Below, piece after piece: positions 8,068 through 18,143 of a DNA stretch of 55,779 bases; position 1 is the first letter of the stretch; each line of letters opens with the position of its first letter. The translations under genes and the position numbers were made by a program. The DNA is from an uncultured Marinobacter sp. (lineage in GTDB: Bacteria > Pseudomonadota > Gammaproteobacteria > Pseudomonadales > Oleiphilaceae): the NCBI GenBank assembly GCA_964447555.1, contig CAYUTG010000001.1, forward strand, positions 1-55,779, read 5' to 3'. The notes beneath the pieces are model-generated. The model searched no databases. It was not told where the DNA came from and saw only the letters and a program-made list of their open reading frames with translations.

Positions 8068-9237
8068 TCAGCTAAAGGCTGCAATACCTGTCTGCCCCCG
8101 GCCCAGGATCAGCGCGTGAATATCGTGGGTGCCTTCGTAGGTGTTTACGGCCTCCAGATTCATCACATGGCGAATCACATGGTATTCGTCTGCGATGCCA
8201 TTACCGCCATGCATATCCCGGGCAGCACGGGCAATATCCAGTGCCTTGCCGCAGTTGTTACGTTTCAGCAGTGAGATAGCATCAGGCGTGGCCTGCCCGG
8301 CATCCATCATGCGCCCGAGTTGCAGCACGGCTTGCAGGCCCAGCGTGATGTCTGTCTGCATATCTACCAGTTTTTTCTGGATCAGCTGGTTAGCGGCCAG
8401 TGGCCGGCCAAACTGAGTGCGCTCAAGCGTGTACTTGCGGGCTGCGTGCCAGCAGAACTCGGCTGCACCCAGAGAGCCCCAGCTAATACCGAAACGGGCT
8501 TTGTTCAGGCAACTGAACGGACCTTTCAGGCCTTCGACATCCAGTTTGTTTTCATCAGGTACGAACACGTCATCCATAAAGATCGAACCAGTGGCCGAAG
8601 CGCGTAAAGAGAACTTGCCGGGAATCTTCGGTGTATCCAGCCCCTTTGTGCCCTCACGCTCGATAACAAAACCGCTGATTTTGCCCTCCAGTTTTGCCCA
8701 GACTACACACACATCGGCAATCGGTGAGTTGGTAATCCAGGTTTTTGAACCATTCAGGCGATAGCCGCCTTCTACCTTGCTGGCGCGGGTTTCCATGCCC
8801 CCCGGGTCAGAGCCGTGGTTGGGTTCGGTGAGGCCAAAACAGCCAACCATCTCGCCAGAGGCCAGCTTTGGCAGCAGACGCTGTTTCAGAGTTTCCTGAC
8901 CAAAAGCATGAATCGGGTGAATCACCAGAGAAGACTGCACACTCAGAGCCGATCGGTAGGCGGAATCAACCCGCTCCACTTCGCGGGCAATCAGGCCGTA
9001 GCAAACGTGGTTCAGGCCCGGCCCACCGTAGGTTTCCGGCAAGGTGGCACCCAGCATGCCCAGCTCGCCCATCCTGTTGAAAATGGCCCGATCAAAGGTT
9101 TCATGGCGATTAGCTTCGGTAATGCCCGGCATCAGTTGCTGGTCGCAGAAGCTGCGGATGCTGTCCCGCACCTGTCGTTCGGTGGCATCCAGTTGCTTGT
9201 CAAACTGAAGCAGATCATCCCAGGGGGCGGACGGCAT
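8068..9237 (-). CDS. gcdH: Glutaryl-CoA dehydrogenase (acyl-CoA dehydrogenase family)
   Basis: [60 protein letters not shown] 9237 with AAGGAG RBS. Confidence 0.92.
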   Translation of the reverse strand: MPSAPWDDLLQFDKQLDATERQVRDSIRSFCDQQLMPGITEANRHETFDRAIFNRMGELGMLGATLPETYGGPGLNHVCYGLIAREVERVDSAYRSALSVQSSLVIHPIHAFGQETLKQRLLPKLASGEMVGCFGLTEPNHGSDPGGMETRASKVEGGYRLNGSKTWITNSPIADVCVVWAKLEGKISGFVIEREGTKGLDTPKIPGKFSLRASATGSIFMDDVFVPDENKLDVEGLKGPFSCLNKARFGISWGSLGAAEFCWHAARKYTLERTQFGRPLAANQLIQKKLVDMQTDITLGLQAVLQLGRMMDAGQATPDAISLLKRNNCGKALDIARAARDMHGGNGIADEYHVIRHVMNLEAVNTYEGTHDIHALILGRGQTGIAAFS

Positions 9238-9357
9238 AGTGGTGCTCCTTGATAGATTCAGGCAGGCGCAGAATGATGGCTCTGGCGCGGTGTGGAACCT
9301 CATTCTAACGGCAAGTTTTCGGCGTCGCCAAGTGGCCAGTGATAACCAGACACACGG

Positions 9358-9391
9358 TTGTGACGGAATTGTGAAGTTTTCGCGCTAGACT
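9358..9391 (+). promoter_or_regulatory. OmpR-type direct-repeat box plus -10 element upstream of the response regulator
   Basis: TTGTGAC-N4-TTGTGAA (11-nt period), then TAGACT 10 nt later. The same layout recurs upstream of msrAB. Confidence 0.55.
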
Positions 9392-9443
9392 CAACCAATA
9401 AAGAACACAGGCTGGGTCGCGCCCTCATCATGATCAGAAACTT

Positions 9444-10154
9444 ATGACACGAACCGTATTGATTATTGAAGATAATCCGGGAATTGGCGAGCTGGTTAGC
9501 ATGCAGGTAACCGATCTGGGCATGCTGCCAGTGCTTGAAAACCGGGGCGACACCGGGCTTGAGCAGTTTCGTCGCCGTGAACGCGAAGGCGGTGTCGACC
9601 TGGTGATTCTGGATCTGATGCTGCCAGGCATGGACGGGCTGTCTGTATGCCGTGAGATCAGGGCGAGCTCCGGCTATGTTCCGGTACTTATGTTAACGGC
9701 CAAAAGCACTGAGCTTGACCGGGTGCTGGGGCTGGAAATGGGGGCAGACGACTACCTGACTAAACCTTTCAGCGTGGCTGAGCTGGCAGCCCGCATCAAG
9801 GCCCTGTTTCGCCGGGTAGATGCCATGTCTGCAGGTAACGCAGATCACGCCATGGAAGATGTGGTGGTGGATAATCTGCATATAGACCCGGTACGCCGGA
9901 AAGTGCGGGTGGATAGCCAGGCGGTTGAGCTGACCGCGCGGGAATTTGATTTGCTCTGGCATTTTGCCCGCCACCCTGGCCGTGTGTTCAGCCGGGCCCA
10001 GTTGCTTGACGCGGTATGGGGCTATAACCACGAGGGTTACGAACACACCGTGAACACCCACATTAACCGGCTGCGCAATAAAATTGAAACCAACCCGGCG
10101 GCCCCCCGTTACGTACAGACTGTCTGGGGTGTCGGCTACCGGTTTATGGATTAA
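9444..10154 (+). CDS. OmpR/PhoB-family response regulator
   Basis: Receiver domain (IED, DLMLPGMDG, GADDYLTKPF) and winged-helix domain (LTAREFDLL, TVWGVGY). Confidence 0.95.
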   Translation: MTRTVLIIEDNPGIGELVSMQVTDLGMLPVLENRGDTGLEQFRRREREGGVDLVILDLMLPGMDGLSVCREIRASSGYVPVLMLTAKSTELDRVLGLEMGADDYLTKPFSVAELAARIKALFRRVDAMSAGNADHAMEDVVVDNLHIDPVRRKVRVDSQAVELTAREFDLLWHFARHPGRVFSRAQLLDAVWGYNHEGYEHTVNTHINRLRNKIETNPAAPRYVQTVWGVGYRFMD

Positions 10155-10157
10155 CCC

Positions 10158-11669
10158 ATGGCAGCATTATCGTTGTTTCGGACACTCTACGCCCGGCTGG
10201 CGCTCGGTCTGTTCCTGTTGCTGGTGATTGTGGGCGGGTTGTTCACCGCGCTTAGCCTCTACTCTGTTCGGGAGTACACGGCGACAATCAACCAGGAACT
10301 GAACCGCAACCTTGCCAGTAATCTGGTGGCGGACCGTAATCTGGTGACCAACGGCCAGGTCAATCACCATGCCCTGAAGCAGCTGTTTGATCTGTACATG
10401 AGCATTAATCCCAGTATCGAAATTTACCTTCTGAACAAAGAAGGGAAGATACTTTCCTACTCCGCGAACCCGGACAAAATCAAACGGCAGTCTGTGTCAC
10501 TTGCACCTGTTCATCGGCTACTGGCCAACCCGGACCTCTATCCGCTACCGGGTGACGACCCCCGCAGCCACGACCGGCAGAAGATTTTTTCGGTAACGCC
10601 TGTGCCGTCTGCAGAACACCCCACAGGTTATCTCTACGTCGTGTTGCGGGGCGAGGAGTATGATCTCGCGGAGAGCATGGCTCACAGCAACCGGTTGCTA
10701 CAAATGGGGGCAGGGGCGCTGGTGCTCAGCCTGCTTGTCGGCCTGCTGGCCGGGCTGGTGTTTTTCCGTCTGCTGACGCGCAGGCTTTCCCGACTGACCC
10801 GGCGGGTGGAGCAGTTCGAAGCCGGTGAGTTGCCTGCTCCGGAAACGCCGGACCCGGCGACAGTGCGTGGTGACGATATTGATTACCTGACAGCACGGTT
10901 TGATCAGATGTCCCAGCGCATAGCGGCGCAGCTTGAGCAACTGAAAGACAAAGACCATCAGCGCCGTAAACTGGTTGCCCAGGTGTCCCACGATTTGCGA
11001 ACGCCTCTGGCCTCGGTACAGGGTTATCTGGAAGCCCTGAAACTGAAACAGGAGCGGCTGGAACCAGAGGAGCGCAGGCGTTTTCTGGATGTGGCACTGG
11101 CCGAAAGCCACCGTCTTGGCCGGCTGGTTGATGATTTGTTCGAACTGGCTGCACTGGAAGCGCGGGAAAAGCAGCCGTCTCCTGAGCCTTTTATGATTGC
11201 CGAGCTGGTGCACGATGTGGTTCAGAAACACCAGCCTGAGGCCGAAGGTGTCGGTGTGTCTCTTGAAGTTGCCGGGGCCGATGCGGTTATGGTGCAGGCC
11301 GATATCGCTATGGTTGAGCGTATCCTTGATAACCTGATCAGCAATGCGATTGGTCATTCACCGGCCGGCGGCGCTGTTGTCCTGAGCGTCTCCGGCGCCG
11401 GAGATGGTGCGAATATTACTGTCAGTGACTCGGGTGGTGGTATAAGCCCGGCAGACATTAACCATCTGTTTGAGCCTTTTTATCAGGGCACTGCCGCCTC
11501 TCAAAGTGCTGCTGCAACCCGGGCCGGGCATGCCGGGCTGGGGCTGGCCATTGCCCAGCGTATGGCAGAGCTGCAAAAAGGCGGCATTGCGGTACAAAAC
11601 AACGCACACAAAGGTGCGGAATTTCGCCTATGGTTGCCGGTCGCAAGCCCTCAAAAGGCATCTGACTGA
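10158..11669 (+). CDS. Sensor histidine kinase (2 TM, periplasmic sensor, HAMP, HisKA, HATPase)
   Basis: SHDLRTPL H-box, NLISNA N-box, DSGGG, GLGLAI. Confidence 0.95.
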   Translation: MAALSLFRTLYARLALGLFLLLVIVGGLFTALSLYSVREYTATINQELNRNLASNLVADRNLVTNGQVNHHALKQLFDLYMSINPSIEIYLLNKEGKILSYSANPDKIKRQSVSLAPVHRLLANPDLYPLPGDDPRSHDRQKIFSVTPVPSAEHPTGYLYVVLRGEEYDLAESMAHSNRLLQMGAGALVLSLLVGLLAGLVFFRLLTRRLSRLTRRVEQFEAGELPAPETPDPATVRGDDIDYLTARFDQMSQRIAAQLEQLKDKDHQRRKLVAQVSHDLRTPLASVQGYLEALKLKQERLEPEERRRFLDVALAESHRLGRLVDDLFELAALEAREKQPSPEPFMIAELVHDVVQKHQPEAEGVGVSLEVAGADAVMVQADIAMVERILDNLISNAIGHSPAGGAVVLSVSGAGDGANITVSDSGGGISPADINHLFEPFYQGTAASQSAAATRAGHAGLGLAIAQRMAELQKGGIAVQNNAHKGAEFRLWLPVASPQKASD

Positions 11670-11709
11670 CCAGAATGTTCGTAATGTTATACATTCGTTA
11701 GAAACACCG

Positions 11710-11739
11710 GACGTTTTTGTGAAACCGGCCAGTTACGCT
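11710..11739 (+). promoter_or_regulatory. Candidate response-regulator box and -10 element of msrAB
   Basis: GACGTTTTTGTGAA-N10-TACGCT, matching GACGGAATTGTGAA-N10-TAGACT upstream of the regulator gene. Confidence 0.5.
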
Positions 11740-11771
11740 GGAAACCTGTCATCATTCACAGGAGGTTGCAG

Positions 11772-13016
11772 ATGAAACGCAACATGATCAATACAGCCAC
11801 AGCCTTGCTGCTGGCGGTTGCCGCCGTGTTCTACACAGTCATTGCGACCGCCGGCAAGCCGCCAGCAGACGACAAATCCTTCGCGCCGGACAACCCGGAA
11901 CTGGCCGTAGCCACCTTTGCCGGCGGCTGTTTCTGGTGCATGGAGGCCGGTTTCGAGAAAATTCCCGGCGTTGCCGAAGTGGTGTCTGGTTATGCCGGAG
12001 GGCACACAGAGAACCCGACCTATCGTCAGGTATCGTCTGGCTCAACCGGCCACACTGAAACGGTGCAAATCTACTACGATCCCGGGAAAATCACCTATGA
12101 AGGCCTGCTGCAGGGGCTTTGGCGCATTATGGACCCGACGGACTCAGAGGGTCAGTTTGTAGACCGTGGTACCCAGTACCGGCCAGCGATTTTCTACCAG
12201 AATGAAAAGCAGAAACAACTGGCCGAAGCGGCCAGGGCAAAGCTTCAGGCGTCGGGTATTTACGACAAGCCCGTCACCATCGAGATTGTTCCGCTGAAGC
12301 ATTTTTATCCGGCGGAGGAGTACCACCAGGATTACTACAAGAAGAATCCGATTCGCTACAAGTTCTACACCTATAATTCTGGCCGCTATCAGTTTATCGA
12401 GAAGGTGTATGGCGAGGACTACCATCTGGATTTCTCGAAGTTCAGGCCGGATGCAGAGATGGGAGACCCGAAGGCCAGAACAGACAATGAGCAGTCCAAT
12501 GGGGCTCAGCCCGAAGCCAGTCTGATGCCGGTTCAGAATGCGCAGCCGGAGAAGGGCTTCAGCCCGCAGAATTTTGTGAAGCCGGACCAGAAAGCCCTGA
12601 AAAACCGCCTGACCAGCGAGCAGTATGACGTAACCCAGAATGATGGCACCGAGCCTTCATTCAATAACAAATACTGGGACAACAAAAAACCAGGCCTGTA
12701 CGTGGATATTGTCTCCGGTGAACCGCTGTTTTCATCCAGAGACAAGTTTAAATCCGGTACGGGCTGGCCCAGCTTTACCCGGCCCATTACGAAGGATGCG
12801 GTGGTAGAAAAAGAAGATAAGTCGTTCTTTTACACCCGCACGGAAATCCGCAGCCGCTATGCCGATTCCCATCTGGGGCATGTGTTTAATGATGGCCCGG
12901 CACCCACAGGCCTGAGGTATTGCATGAACTCGGCCGCGCTGAAGTTTGTTCCTCTGGAGGACATGAAGGCGCAAGGGTATGGCGAGTACATTGATCAGGT
13001 GAAAGGCGGCATTTAA
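11772..13016 (+). CDS. msrAB: Exported bifunctional peptide-methionine sulfoxide reductase MsrA/MsrB
   Basis: Signal peptide; MsrA GGCFWC and AEEYHQDY; Msr[15 protein letters not shown] and RYCMNS; GGAGG RBS. Confidence 0.95.
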   Translation: MKRNMINTATALLLAVAAVFYTVIATAGKPPADDKSFAPDNPELAVATFAGGCFWCMEAGFEKIPGVAEVVSGYAGGHTENPTYRQVSSGSTGHTETVQIYYDPGKITYEGLLQGLWRIMDPTDSEGQFVDRGTQYRPAIFYQNEKQKQLAEAARAKLQASGIYDKPVTIEIVPLKHFYPAEEYHQDYYKKNPIRYKFYTYNSGRYQFIEKVYGEDYHLDFSKFRPDAEMGDPKARTDNEQSNGAQPEASLMPVQNAQPEKGFSPQNFVKPDQKALKNRLTSEQYDVTQNDGTEPSFNNKYWDNKKPGLYVDIVSGEPLFSSRDKFKSGTGWPSFTRPITKDAVVEKEDKSFFYTRTEIRSRYADSHLGHVFNDGPAPTGLRYCMNSAALKFVPLEDMKAQGYGEYIDQVKGGI

Positions 13017-13750
13017 AGCCAGAGGTCGCTAATGGGTGTATCCGGGCTGAAGTGATGGCGTATTTGTGCCTGCAGTAGCTCAGCCGTGGCAATCGCATCA
13101 ATCAGCGCATTGTGTGACGGGTAATGAGGAAGCCCGTATCGGATTCTGCTGTCCGCCAGCCGAATGGATACGGGTTGCTTGCCGGTCAGCTTCTGCCATC
13201 GGGACGGCTGGCGGTTCGGGTGCAGGTGGGCTTCAATGGCCATGGTGTCCAGCACTGGAAACCGGATGCCTTCGCTCAGCCGCCATTGCAGCGCAACATC
13301 CAGAAAACCACGTTCGATATTCCGGTAATGAACCACAGGAATCCGGCCATTCAGGCATTCGAACAACTCGCCAAAAATGTCTTTGATGTCCGGAGCCTTA
13401 TCAACATCGGCGTGGGTGATGCCATGAATTTCGACTGATGCCTGACTCAGGGGTAACCTGGGGTGCACAATCCAGTGCTTTGCTTTTCCAAGCTGTATGC
13501 CCTTCAGGGTAAATGGCACCAGGCCAAGGCTGACAATAGAATGCTGATGCGGGTCCAGCCCCGTGGTTTCAAAATCCATGGCAATCATGGGTACGTCGGA
13601 AATCGGCGTGTCCGGCGCGACACAACCCGCCTTATAAAAGGCCTTTAACAGCGGATCACGAGCTGTGAGCGCCAGTGCCTGGTAGCGTTCGGGCCAGGGT
13701 TTTGGTGGTTCTTCACGCTGAGAACTGGGGTACTGAAGATGATCATACAT
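13013..13750 (-). CDS. DEDDh 3'-5' exonuclease (DNA polymerase III epsilon-like)
   Basis: DFETTGL, IHGI and HNALIDA motifs; overlaps the end of the upstream gene. Confidence 0.88.
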   Translation of the reverse strand: MYDHLQYPSSQREEPPKPWPERYQALALTARDPLLKAFYKAGCVAPDTPISDVPMIAMDFETTGLDPHQHSIVSLGLVPFTLKGIQLGKAKHWIVHPRLPLSQASVEIHGITHADVDKAPDIKDIFGELFECLNGRIPVVHYRNIERGFLDVALQWRLSEGIRFPVLDTMAIEAHLHPNRQPSRWQKLTGKQPVSIRLADSRIRYGLPHYPSHNALIDAIATAELLQAQIRHHFSPDTPISDLWL

Positions 13751-15617
13751 GTCGGCCTACCGAAGCATTGTAGCGGAATCTCAGAAATTTCTGTGCGTTA
13801 CTCACCACCTGGAAGGCATCTTTCAGATGGCTGCGCTCAAAGGGTGACAGGTCTTCCGGCCGCACGTTGTTGTCTGGCTCCTTCCCCTCTTCAATTGACA
13901 TGGCCTGATGACGGATCCGGACGATGGAAATAAACTCGAGGGCATCTCGCAGGTTGCTCAGATCCTCTTCCATAATAAGCCTGGTTTTGCCAATGGCGTT
14001 GAGCCGGTTGAAGGAATTCTGTGCCCGGGAGCCGCAGGCCAGCGCGTGCAGCCGGATCAGGTCTGATAAAGGCGCTGTGCCCCGGCGTTTCAGGTTAAAG
14101 GTTTTGCGATGATGGCCATCTTCCTCCAGCACAAAGTTCCGGAAAAAACCGATGGGTGGCGTGCGGTTCAGTGCATTACGTGCAAATAGGGTGAGGAAAC
14201 GATGGCTGCGGCTGGCTTTCTCGGCAATCAGGGTTTTGAGCTCTTCGGCAAAAGCGGTTTTTCCATAGATGCCGTCAAGATCAAAAAAGATGTTGCTGTT
14301 CAACAGGGCCTGGGCTTTTGGGTTTTCTATCCAGTCGGTGAAGTAGGTTTTCCACACCCGTAATGGCTGCCGCCATTTTTCATTTGTGGCCATAATATCC
14401 CCGGTGCAGTAGGTGTAACCACACTCCGCCAGGCCATCGCTGACGAATTTAGCCAGGGCAAGGAAGTAGGCATCGTGCTCTTCCGGTACAAAGCTGTCGT
14501 CCAGAATCATGGCGTTGTCCTGATCGGTCACAATCAGTTGCTCATCTCTGGCCATGGAGCCTAGCGCCATAAAACAGTAGGGAACCGGCGGTGGCCCAAG
14601 CTTCTCTTCGCCCAGTTCCAGCAGCCGGTGAGTAAAGCCCCGGCCAATGCCCGCCATGGCACTGCCGATCATGTGCGAGTTGGCATCCTCGTTCACCATG
14701 CGCACAAAGGTGTGGGGTACATCCTGGCTGATTCTTTTCAGGTCTTTCACGGTTTTCTGGTGGTGAATATGGTTCACCAGGTACAGGCTGCTCTGGCTCT
14801 CGTACTTTACGATGTCTGAGAGATCGATTACCCCGCGCACTTCATCTTTATCCATCACGGGCAAGTGGTGCACATTGTTGTGCAGCATGGTGAGCATGGC
14901 TTCAAAAATGAAAGTGGTGGTCGGGATGGTGATCAGGTTTTCGGTCATGATCTCACTGATCGGTGTTTCAGAGGCCAGTGCCTGGCTGATGGCTCGCGTG
15001 CGTAAATCACGGTCTGTAATAATGCCTGCCAGCCTGGGGGTGTCGCCTTCTTCATCCATCAGGAGTAGGGCAGACACACTCTGTTCGGTCATTATGCGGG
15101 CGGCTTCCTGCAGCCGTACGGTACGTGGGGCAGAAACCGGAGCCCGGGAAATCAACCGGGTTACGCGGGACGTCATCAGAGCATTGGATTTTTCCCGGCG
15201 GGACAAGGCCGAACGAAGGCGCGACCGGTCTTCAATTTCAATGAAATCGGCAAAAGTATCATTATTTTCAAACAAATATCTGAAGGTGGTATCCGGAATC
15301 CGGTAAATCAGTGTGTCTTCCAGAGCCTTAACCGGAAAGCGCACGGTATTGCTCATCAGCAAACCGAATTGACCGAACATATCGCCTTCGCCTATCCGGT
15401 TATATAACTCACCGGAACGGCGGAAGATCTCTACAGCCCCGCTACGGATGTAGTGCAGCCAGCTGTTCTGATCACCGAGCGATAATATCTGGGTGCCTGC
15501 CCGGAAGTATTCCACCTCGATGTTGGCCACCACCTGGTCCAGCGTTTCTTCCGGCATCTCATCGAACGGCTGGTGCTGTGCCATGTGGTTGCGAATGTCG
15601 ATAAGCTCGGCCTGCAT
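13743..15617 (-). CDS. cNMP-binding + CBS pair + DUF294 putative nucleotidyltransferase signalling protein
   Basis: cNMP domain (GEGDMFG), CBS repeats (GIITDRDLR, HHLPV), NTase motif GSMARDEQ...TDQDNA, YCTGDIMATN. Confidence 0.9.
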   Translation of the reverse strand: MQAELIDIRNHMAQHQPFDEMPEETLDQVVANIEVEYFRAGTQILSLGDQNSWLHYIRSGAVEIFRRSGELYNRIGEGDMFGQFGLLMSNTVRFPVKALEDTLIYRIPDTTFRYLFENNDTFADFIEIEDRSRLRSALSRREKSNALMTSRVTRLISRAPVSAPRTVRLQEAARIMTEQSVSALLLMDEEGDTPRLAGIITDRDLRTRAISQALASETPISEIMTENLITIPTTTFIFEAMLTMLHNNVHHLPVMDKDEVRGVIDLSDIVKYESQSSLYLVNHIHHQKTVKDLKRISQDVPHTFVRMVNEDANSHMIGSAMAGIGRGFTHRLLELGEEKLGPPPVPYCFMALGSMARDEQLIVTDQDNAMILDDSFVPEEHDAYFLALAKFVSDGLAECGYTYCTGDIMATNEKWRQPLRVWKTYFTDWIENPKAQALLNSNIFFDLDGIYGKTAFAEELKTLIAEKASRSHRFLTLFARNALNRTPPIGFFRNFVLEEDGHHRKTFNLKRRGTAPLSDLIRLHALACGSRAQNSFNRLNAIGKTRLIMEEDLSNLRDALEFISIVRIRHQAMSIEEGKEPDNNVRPEDLSPFERSHLKDAFQVVSNAQKFLRFRYNASVGRHV

Positions 15618-15787
15618 GGGTGCTCCTTAATCAGTCCGTGTCAGATGGGCTAAACTGGGTTATAAGAAGGTGGGCTGCACACTGGCTGGAATGGCCCGTA
15701 CTCACTATAGCAGTGGCCCGCAGTTCCGGCCATTGGGCGCCGGTGTGTCTGTGACCGCCATTCGTACCGACGTAAAGGGGACCTGGT

Positions 15788-16312
15788 ATGGCAATTATGC
15801 ACAGTCTTGTTCTTGGTGGCATCCGGTCGGGCAAAACGGCCCTGGCTGAGCAACTGGCCGCAGAGTCCGGGGAATCGGTGGTGTACGTGGCCACGGCTAC
15901 GGCCAGTGATGATGAAATGACATCACGAATCCGGAGTCATCAGCAGGCCCGGCCTGAAGGCTGGGGACTGGCAGAGGAACCCATTGAACTTGGCCATCTT
16001 CTGGATATGTACGCCGCTGCATCAGCGCCCCCGTTTTTGCTGGTCGACTGCATGAGCCTGTGGCTGAGTAACCTGCTGTTTGCCGGCGATGAGGTATTTG
16101 CCGCTGAACGACATTCGTTTCTGACCGCGCTGGGGAGTTACCCCGGGGGTGTGGTTATTGTCAGTAATGAAGTGGGGCTGGGCACCATTGGCATGGACCC
16201 GCTAACCCGGCGATTTTGTGATGAACTGGGCTGGCTGAATCAGGCACTGGCCAAACTGTCCAACAATGTCATGATGAGCGTGGCCGGCCTGCCGCTGGTT
16301 TTAAAATCCTGA
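15788..16312 (+). CDS. cobU: Adenosylcobinamide kinase / adenosylcobinamide-phosphate guanylyltransferase
   Basis: GGIRSGKT P-loop, YVATA, DCMSLW, SNEVGLG, VAGLP. Confidence 0.95.
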   Translation: MAIMHSLVLGGIRSGKTALAEQLAAESGESVVYVATATASDDEMTSRIRSHQQARPEGWGLAEEPIELGHLLDMYAAASAPPFLLVDCMSLWLSNLLFAGDEVFAAERHSFLTALGSYPGGVVIVSNEVGLGTIGMDPLTRRFCDELGWLNQALAKLSNNVMMSVAGLPLVLKS

Positions 16313-16915
16313 GCAGCCGTGGGCAATCAGGCTCTGAAGCCGTCCGTAATCTGAGGTGTCTGCCTGAATTCTGCTTCGGCAGGCGTAAGGTACGGCCAGG
16401 CCGGAGAAGGCTTGCTTCAGCGGAATGCTCATGACGTTGGCAATAATCATGCGGATAACACCGCCATGGCACACAATCAGCAGGTTCTGGCCCGCCAGTT
16501 CCTGTTGCCAGTGGAACCAGCTTTCTGTCACCCGGCGGTAGAAGTCTGTTGCCGGTTCACCGCCCGGTGCCATATTGGTAACGGGGTCAGCCCAGAACTG
16601 GCGAAGCCGCTCACCCTCGCTGGCCATAATGCTTTCCGCCGTGCGGCCCTCCCAGGTACCAAAACTGATCTCCCGCAGGCGTTCATCGCTGTGCAAGGGG
16701 ATCTGGTAGCGATCTGCCAGTTCCCGGGCGAAGTGAACGCAACGTTGCATGGGGGAAGTGATAATGGCGTCCCAGGTATCGGCGCTGGTGATGGCATTAC
16801 GCATTTGTTGCCAGCCGGTTTCGCTCAGAGCATCATCTTTGCTGCCGCGGTACATAGGCCCGCCTTCCGGTTCGCCATGACGAATCAGATCAATCTGCGT
16901 TCTGGTCTCAGGCAT
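16301..16915 (-). CDS. cobC: Histidine-phosphatase family, probable alpha-ribazole/adenosylcobalamin-5'-phosphate phosphatase
   Basis: LIRHGE, SPMQRC, EISFGTWEG, HGGVIR. Start ATG 16915 overlaps the end of cobT. Confidence 0.82.
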   Translation of the reverse strand: MPETRTQIDLIRHGEPEGGPMYRGSKDDALSETGWQQMRNAITSADTWDAIITSPMQRCVHFARELADRYQIPLHSDERLREISFGTWEGRTAESIMASEGERLRQFWADPVTNMAPGGEPATDFYRRVTESWFHWQQELAGQNLLIVCHGGVIRMIIANVMSIPLKQAFSGLAVPYACRSRIQADTSDYGRLQSLIAHGCSGF

Positions 16916-17987
16916 GGCTGGCCTCGTTCCGGGTACTGACGCCGGCGTCTGCAAAGCTGGCCATAGTATTATGGAGCTCGCAGGCCACCCGTAGCAGCGG
17001 AACGGCTGCTGCAGCGCCACTGCCTTCACCAAGGCGCATATCCAGATCGAGCAGGGGTTCCGCATTCAGTGCGTTCAGAATGGCCTGGTGGCCAGGTTCA
17101 GCAGAGCGGTGAGCGAACAGCAGCCAGGGGCGGATACCCGGTTGATGGCTGACGGCGATCAGCGCAGCCACCGACACAATATAGCCATCAATCAACACCG
17201 GAATGGATCGCGCCGCGCAGCCGGCAATGGCACCGGCCAGTGCGGCAATTTCAAAGCCGCCGAAGGCTTTGAGTACAGCCATTGCATCCCGTCCATCATC
17301 GTCGTTATCGTGGCGCTGAAGTGCGCTGATAATAACCTCCGCTTTATGCCGCACTCCGGCAGTGTTCAGGCCTGTGCCGGGGCCCGCCAGCTTCATGGGG
17401 TTCTTGCTCATTAAGGCGCAGGCAATGGCGGTGGCCGATGTGGTGTTGCCTATGCCCATTTCACCGCCGATAAACAATTGGCAGGCGTTGTCTGCTGCAC
17501 GCCCGGCTGCCGCATCGCCATGATTCAGTGCGGCACATACCTGCTCGCTGGTCATGGCATCGGTAAGGGCAAAGTTCTGAGTGCAGGGCGCGATGTGTGC
17601 ATCAATCACCCCCGACAGACCTGTGGCTTCCTGCGCAACGGTGCCAAGATTAATGACTTCCAGCTGTGCATCCAGTAATCTGGCCAGTACGCTGATGGCC
17701 GCACCACCATTGGCAAAATTGGCAATCATCTGCCCGGTTACTGCCTGAGGAAAAGCAGAGATACCTTCATCGCAAATGCCGTGATCACCCGCAAAGATGC
17801 TGATCTGCACGCGTTCAAGCGCAGGTTTGTCGGTTCCCTGAAGCCCGGCAAGCTGAACCGCGACAGCCTCCAGCCGGCCGAGAGACCCCGGTGGTTTGGT
17901 CAGCGTATCCTGTCGCTGGGCGGCCTGCTCAAAAAAATGCGTTTCTGGTGGCCGGGGTGGGTTGGTCCAACTGCTGGGAAAAGACAT
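16908..17987 (-). CDS. cobT: Nicotinate-nucleotide--dimethylbenzimidazole phosphoribosyltransferase
   Basis: LTKPPGSLGRLE, FAGDHG, GEMGIGNTT, GGFEI, MRLGEGSGA. Confidence 0.96.
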   Translation of the reverse strand: MSFPSSWTNPPRPPETHFFEQAAQRQDTLTKPPGSLGRLEAVAVQLAGLQGTDKPALERVQISIFAGDHGICDEGISAFPQAVTGQMIANFANGGAAISVLARLLDAQLEVINLGTVAQEATGLSGVIDAHIAPCTQNFALTDAMTSEQVCAALNHGDAAAGRAADNACQLFIGGEMGIGNTTSATAIACALMSKNPMKLAGPGTGLNTAGVRHKAEVIISALQRHDNDDDGRDAMAVLKAFGGFEIAALAGAIAGCAARSIPVLIDGYIVSVAALIAVSHQPGIRPWLLFAHRSAEPGHQAILNALNAEPLLDLDMRLGEGSGAAAAVPLLRVACELHNTMASFADAGVSTRNEASHA

Positions 17988-18143
17988 TGCACGTACCTTC
18001 AGACATCAACAGGCCGTAAAGCGGGCTCTGATTGCAGTGAGTATAGCTTGAGTTCAAACCGTTCGGTGCGGGATCATACGCCGACTGGATGCATTCAGGT
18101 AGGGTTGAGGGCATCGTTCACTGTCTGGTCGGGAAGCTCTGCG

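Noticed and set aside
16916-17065. N-terminal extension of the phosphatase ORF (likewise the extensions of btuD from 24090, gdhA to 41395 and DJ-1 to 51257)
   Set aside because: These are longest-ORF artefacts. Internal ATGs with an RBS or stop-start overlap give family-typical N-termini.
17781-18143. Long N-terminal extension of CbiB in the ORF track
   Set aside because: It overlaps the start of cobT on the opposite strand and the divergent promoter, and is not CbiB-like.
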